Shown: one piece after another, positions 59,956 through 64,000 of the stretch
Position numbering within the stretch: the first letter of the stretch is position 1
Layout: the number at the start of each line of letters is the position of its first letter
Assembly (NCBI GenBank): GCA_001599295.1
Contig: BCGN01000006.1
Span: 1,178,001-1,242,000, forward strand
Source of the DNA: Sporopachydermia quercuum
Taxonomy: Eukaryota
DNA length: 64,000 nt
Reading direction: 5' to 3'
Made by a program: the position numbers and the translations under genes
Notes under the pieces: generated by a model
The model's database searches: none
What the model saw: the letters and a program-made list of their open reading frames with translations, nothing else
Told to the model about the DNA's origin: nothing

Positions 59956-61299
59956 TTAATGATTACTGCTGTTTTCACCCTCTTTAAATATAATATACTT
60001 GTGGACATCAATCAACAGTACTTCTAAACCAAATTCCTCATAGCAAAATAAAAAGGAAGCAAATGTTCTCACTGCCATTGGATCGAAAGAAATATCTGAT
60101 TTCATTTCGAAGAATTCAGCTAAATCATTGACCCATTTGTCCTTTGATATGTTCTTACTACTGTTTCCGGTGCTGATGCTGCTCTCATTATTGCTGTCAT
60201 TGATATTTGTAGTATAGGTTTCGTCAAATTCAACAATCCGATTGATATTCTTTGTTCCAGCAAGGACATAGGTAGCAATTATATTAGTAAGCGTAAGCCT
60301 TAGAAGTTTCCCTTGTGCAGCTTCGCTGATAGAATTGAATACTTTTTTCTTGCTATCATTGACCATCTTCAGTACTTGGTATAAATTGACAGTAGTGTTG
60401 AGCAAATTAGCATAACGAGTATCAAAATCTGGAGTGTTGGTACCGGCTTTGGCATCATCAGAAGATGATAGAAATATGCTTAAAGCCAAGGAAATGAGAT
60501 TCCGTGATTCTTGCAGAATTTCTGAGTGTCCAAAGCCCGATATATATTTAAGAAACAGGTGTTTCTTCTCGAGTACTAGATCGATTTCTGATTGAATGTT
60601 CTCAACATCATCATAGAACTCCTCATCAGCAGTGACGTTTTTCATTAAATCTATTAAACTACCATTTCTATTCTCACTCTCAGAGGCCTCCATTAAATCA
60701 ACCAGGCAATTGTACGTTTCAGTTTTGTACTTTGGTGATGATAATGCAGCAATGGTGAAACATTCTACGCCTAACTCCAGGGAATCAACTGAGAAAGTAT
60801 CATACAGCTTCTGTAGAGCTCTTCCGCCAGCGCCAAAAAACCCGGGAAGTAAAACTTGCTCTGTAGTCATAAATTTCACAACACCGGTCACCCAACTGAA
60901 AGAATCTTCATAATAAAGCTCATCAGAAAAGAAATCCTTATATGCTCTAACGTTGAACTGGTCACTAAAATATTCCTTATAGTTGTCTGTCCAGATTTCA
61001 AATAAATCGTCTTCTTTCCATTCGACGGATTTAGTATAAAAATGGTTATATAATCGAATCAATTGCGACGTAGTTGCTCCAAGCCTGTAGTATGTTGTTA
61101 AAATATTAGATACTTCATTGAATTGATACTCAGAGGTTGACTCGTCTATTATCACCATGTTATATGTAACCATATTAGCTTTCAGAAACTGTGTAAGCTT
61201 TTCCCAGGATTTTTTGCTTGGTTTAGGAAAAACTCCTTTGAGCCTGCTGAATTCCTCCTCAGGAGCGTTTCTATATAATAACGATAGTACTTGGCCCAT
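59956..61299 (-). CDS. Divergent questin-oxidase/AflY (HypA, MGS207)-like protein
   Basis: Pattern YYRLGATTSQLIRLY...EW...YKEYF...RAYKDFFSDEL...SW..GV.KF...LLPGF resembles the family N-domain as recalled; conserved His motifs are absent. Confidence 0.6.
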   Translation of the reverse strand: MGQVLSLLYRNAPEEEFSRLKGVFPKPSKKSWEKLTQFLKANMVTYNMVIIDESTSEYQFNEVSNILTTYYRLGATTSQLIRLYNHFYTKSVEWKEDDLFEIWTDNYKEYFSDQFNVRAYKDFFSDELYYEDSFSWVTGVVKFMTTEQVLLPGFFGAGGRALQKLYDTFSVDSLELGVECFTIAALSSPKYKTETYNCLVDLMEASESENRNGSLIDLMKNVTADEEFYDDVENIQSEIDLVLEKKHLFLKYISGFGHSEILQESRNLISLALSIFLSSSDDAKAGTNTPDFDTRYANLLNTTVNLYQVLKMVNDSKKKVFNSISEAAQGKLLRLTLTNIIATYVLAGTKNINRIVEFDETYTTNINDSNNESSISTGNSSKNISKDKWVNDLAEFFEMKSDISFDPMAVRTFASFLFCYEEFGLEVLLIDVHKYIIFKEGENSSNH

Positions 61300-62654
61300 T
61301 GTTGATAGTGTGAAGATCTCGGATGTTAATGGTATACAGTAAATGATGACGATAAGTCTAAATGAATAGCTTTCTGACTCAAGCAAGCTTACAGCTGTAT
61401 GGACCGTGAGACCGTCTTATATCTGATAAGTCTTCCCCTACCGATGAAGACGTTGCGTTGAGTTGATTATGGCAGTTTCATTGGGATAGAATGATAGTAC
61501 TNATAAATGGAGATACATCAAATTGCAAAATGATCCATAGATACTAATAGACAGAATATCACCTCATCGAAGTATAATGAAATTTCTAATCACAAGGTAA
61601 ATGAAAGAATAAGGTTTGTTTGGGAAGCTCAACAGTAGTCTCTTTTAGGCAATAATGATAATTGTTGGACGGATATTTATGATTACATGAACATATAATT
61701 CAAAGAGTTAGAGGAGGGTAAGGCTGAAGATTCACAGTTAAAGTTCAATTAAGGATTTGAAAGGGTTAAGTTTGTTTTCTAAGGGCTCGAGGTTATGTAG
61801 AAGAGAATGGTAGGAAGCGTTTTGTTTACTTCATTACTTTGTTAAAGAATATGGTTATCAGAACAAAATGTGATTAAAGCATTAATGTATGTGGTTGTGT
61901 GAAATGTTTCACCGGAGACTCTGAAAATGTATGCACAAGTTGTGCCTACTTTGATTGATTGTGCGACTGAATTCAGAGGCAGAGACAACGTTTAGATAAG
62001 GTTTGTTCTTTTCAATCTAGTATATCCTATTCAGGACACTAGATTTACATCTTAAATAGAGGAAGAGAGTTGAATATAACAATGAAAGCAATTGTAGAGG
62101 ATAGATATCCTGGAGCATACATTATTCTATTGAAATACCTATATACTTGCAAGAATACTGCTTGATACAAACTCCAGTGAAATATCACCATAAACTTCTT
62201 GCAGAAATGTAATCTTTCGATTAGAAGGCTTCTCTACTTCCCTCACTGAAACTGCGTCTGTTTTATAGGCCAACTCTAATATTGAGAACCAACTTTAAAT
62301 GCACAGTTTCGCTGCCTAAGAAANAAAACAACCCAAATCGTCTTTGATTCGTTAGTTGACTTATTGACTTATCAACTAGTTAGGACCANACTAAAATCTG
62401 TTAAATTTTGACCAGCAATGTAGCAAAAACATGAGAATTTCATTTATGTTTTTTCTTCATAAATGCAGTGAGCTCCGGCTGTACGAAGTAGTTATTGTTT
62501 TATCTTTGATGTCGAAAACAAGTGAATGTTCCAAAGAGATGAGGAAATCCAATTGACAACAATGATGTATTAGAATTGATTTGTTCAAACGAAAGATAAG
62601 AGGTAATTCGTTAATGGAGACATTTATCTATACATATTTGATTCTNNTGTCACA

Positions 62655-64000
62655 ATGAGCTCGAGCGGTCTATCAGAAGATGACTCTTTCAATTTCTACA
62701 CAGCATCCAACCCTGGATCTGTATCAACGGAACCGACGGACCCAAAAACATCATCAAACCTCAATAGCAGCAATAACGATAGAAATCGACACTATAGAAG
62801 ACGTAGCGTTCTCAGGAAACCTTCAACCAGCTACTCCCAAAATCAAAGCTCACTCAGCAGTCAAGGACTTGGTATTAGAAGGAAGTCATCTGTATCATTT
62901 GCCTATCCCGTGGAGAACACCTATAATACAAACAAAAGACGTACCAACAAGGATACAGATAAAGAAGGTGAAGAATTTCCATATCCAACTGAGTCTGTTA
63001 CTGATTTCGATCAAGTAGATCTAACGGAGCCATCAGAATCACCAGTAGATTTTTCTAAACCTTTTCTAGAAGGAAACAAGGAAGATGTTAATTCAGGTTN
63101 CTTTGGTAACCCGTTTGATGACCCTGAAGAGGCTGATTTGGGAACCATATGGAGTCCTGACAGGGGTGAGTTTACTGAAATCCCTGAAGGTAATGCAGAT
63201 TCTATATTTAGAGACAACAGTGGAAAGAGCACAGGTTCTGGTTTTCTAAGGGCAACCGGAAACAGAAATCTTTCAATTGGCTCAGGGTACAGCCCTATCT
63301 CTTCGTCATATATTGAACTGATTACGCTCAAATGGTTAGAATCAGTCAGGAAGCAACCCTCTGGCCTTAGCGGTAGAAGTAGTGTAGCTGATAAAGTGGA
63401 CGTAGAAACAGATTCAAGGGCTAGTGTTAACACCAAAAGTACCTTCAATACCTCTACATCAATCTGGAATACAACGGAACCAGAAGAGTATGAGCTTCGG
63501 GAAATCCCACCACTTGAACCTCTTTCATCAACTGAACTAAGATCCAATAGTATTGGGAAGTCACTATATACAATTATTCCCCATATAGAAACTTTGGATT
63601 CTACAGGAGACAATTCAGCAGATCAACAATACCGACAACGTCAGTATTCATCATTTGATATCAACAAAGTATTGTATGGAAATACATTGTTCGTTTTCTC
63701 ACCAATGAACAAACTGCGAAGGTGGATGTGTCAAAAGTTCATCGGAAGGCCTCCTTACAATTCAAAGCGTATAAGAGACAATTTATGGAATAGCAACACA
63801 GCACTAACGCTATTTCAACTTCTTGTATTACTAGTAAGGCAAAACATAGTGCCTGTGATGTTATTTGATCAAGACAATATTACGTTTACTAACTACATGA
63901 TGTATGATCTGTTCAATGCTTTGTTCTTCTCATTCTTTACAGTAGAAGCTATCGTGCGAAGTATTCTTTTTGGTTTCATCAGAGATGAGTTCTCACCTCC
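62655..64000 (+). CDS. CCH1: Cch1-like voltage-gated calcium channel, N-terminal part (runs off the window)
   Basis: Open frame from ATG 62655 to the window end (not in the ORF track). Ser-rich N-tail, then LYGNTLFVFSPMNKLRRW and TM segments ending FTVEAIVRSILFGF. Confidence 0.75.
   Translation, partial: MSSSGLSEDDSFNFYTASNPGSVSTEPTDPKTSSNLNSSNNDRNRHYRRRSVLRKPSTSYSQNQSSLSSQGLGIRRKSSVSFAYPVENTYNTNKRRTNKDTDKEGEEFPYPTESVTDFDQVDLTEPSESPVDFSKPFLEGNKEDVNSGXFGNPFDDPEEADLGTIWSPDRGEFTEIPEGNADSIFRDNSGKSTGSGFLRATGNRNLSIGSGYSPISSSYIELITLKWLESVRKQPSGLSGRSSVADKVDVETDSRASVNTKSTFNTSTSIWNTTEPEEYELREIPPLEPLSSTELRSNSIGKSLYTIIPHIETLDSTGDNSADQQYRQRQYSSFDINKVLYGNTLFVFSPMNKLRRWMCQKFIGRPPYNSKRIRDNLWNSNTALTLFQLLVLLVRQNIVPVMLFDQDNITFTNYMMYDLFNALFFSFFTVEAIVRSILFGFIRDEFSP

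Overview
Eukaryotic, AT-rich chromosomal DNA from a budding yeast (Saccharomycotina) with far more introns than S. cerevisiae. CTG falls on conserved Leu positions, so the standard code appears to apply. I can support 24 protein-coding genes: an SDR (YMR226C-like, partial), a ferric reductase, DSN1, a WDR70-like gene, DDP1, GET4, SEY1, an arrestin-like gene, MCM7, YNK1, pyruvate kinase, ACS2, RTT109, a Cwf18-like gene, GDT1, a GCR1_C-domain factor, a probable NDD1, NUD1/cdc11, MEF2, GCN3, RPC37, DBP7, a degenerate questin-oxidase/AflY-like gene and a CCH1-like channel (partial). I reconstructed 11 coding introns by hand; two require AAG acceptors. The most notable signals are: (1) a ~1.37 kb hairpin-rich 5'-UTR intron in ACS2 holding five TGACA motifs in exact 10-bp register; (2) a cryptic NDD1 divergent to NUD1 across a forkhead-site-rich promoter; (3) three microsynteny blocks matching S. 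cerevisiae; (4) a YNK1/PYK/ACS2/RTT109 neighbourhood; (5) a probable pseudo-enzyme; (6) a presequence-like extension on the SDR; (7) an abrupt onset of N bases after ~28 kb. I found no tRNA, rRNA, CRISPR array or transposon. All family calls come from recalled motifs, not database searches.
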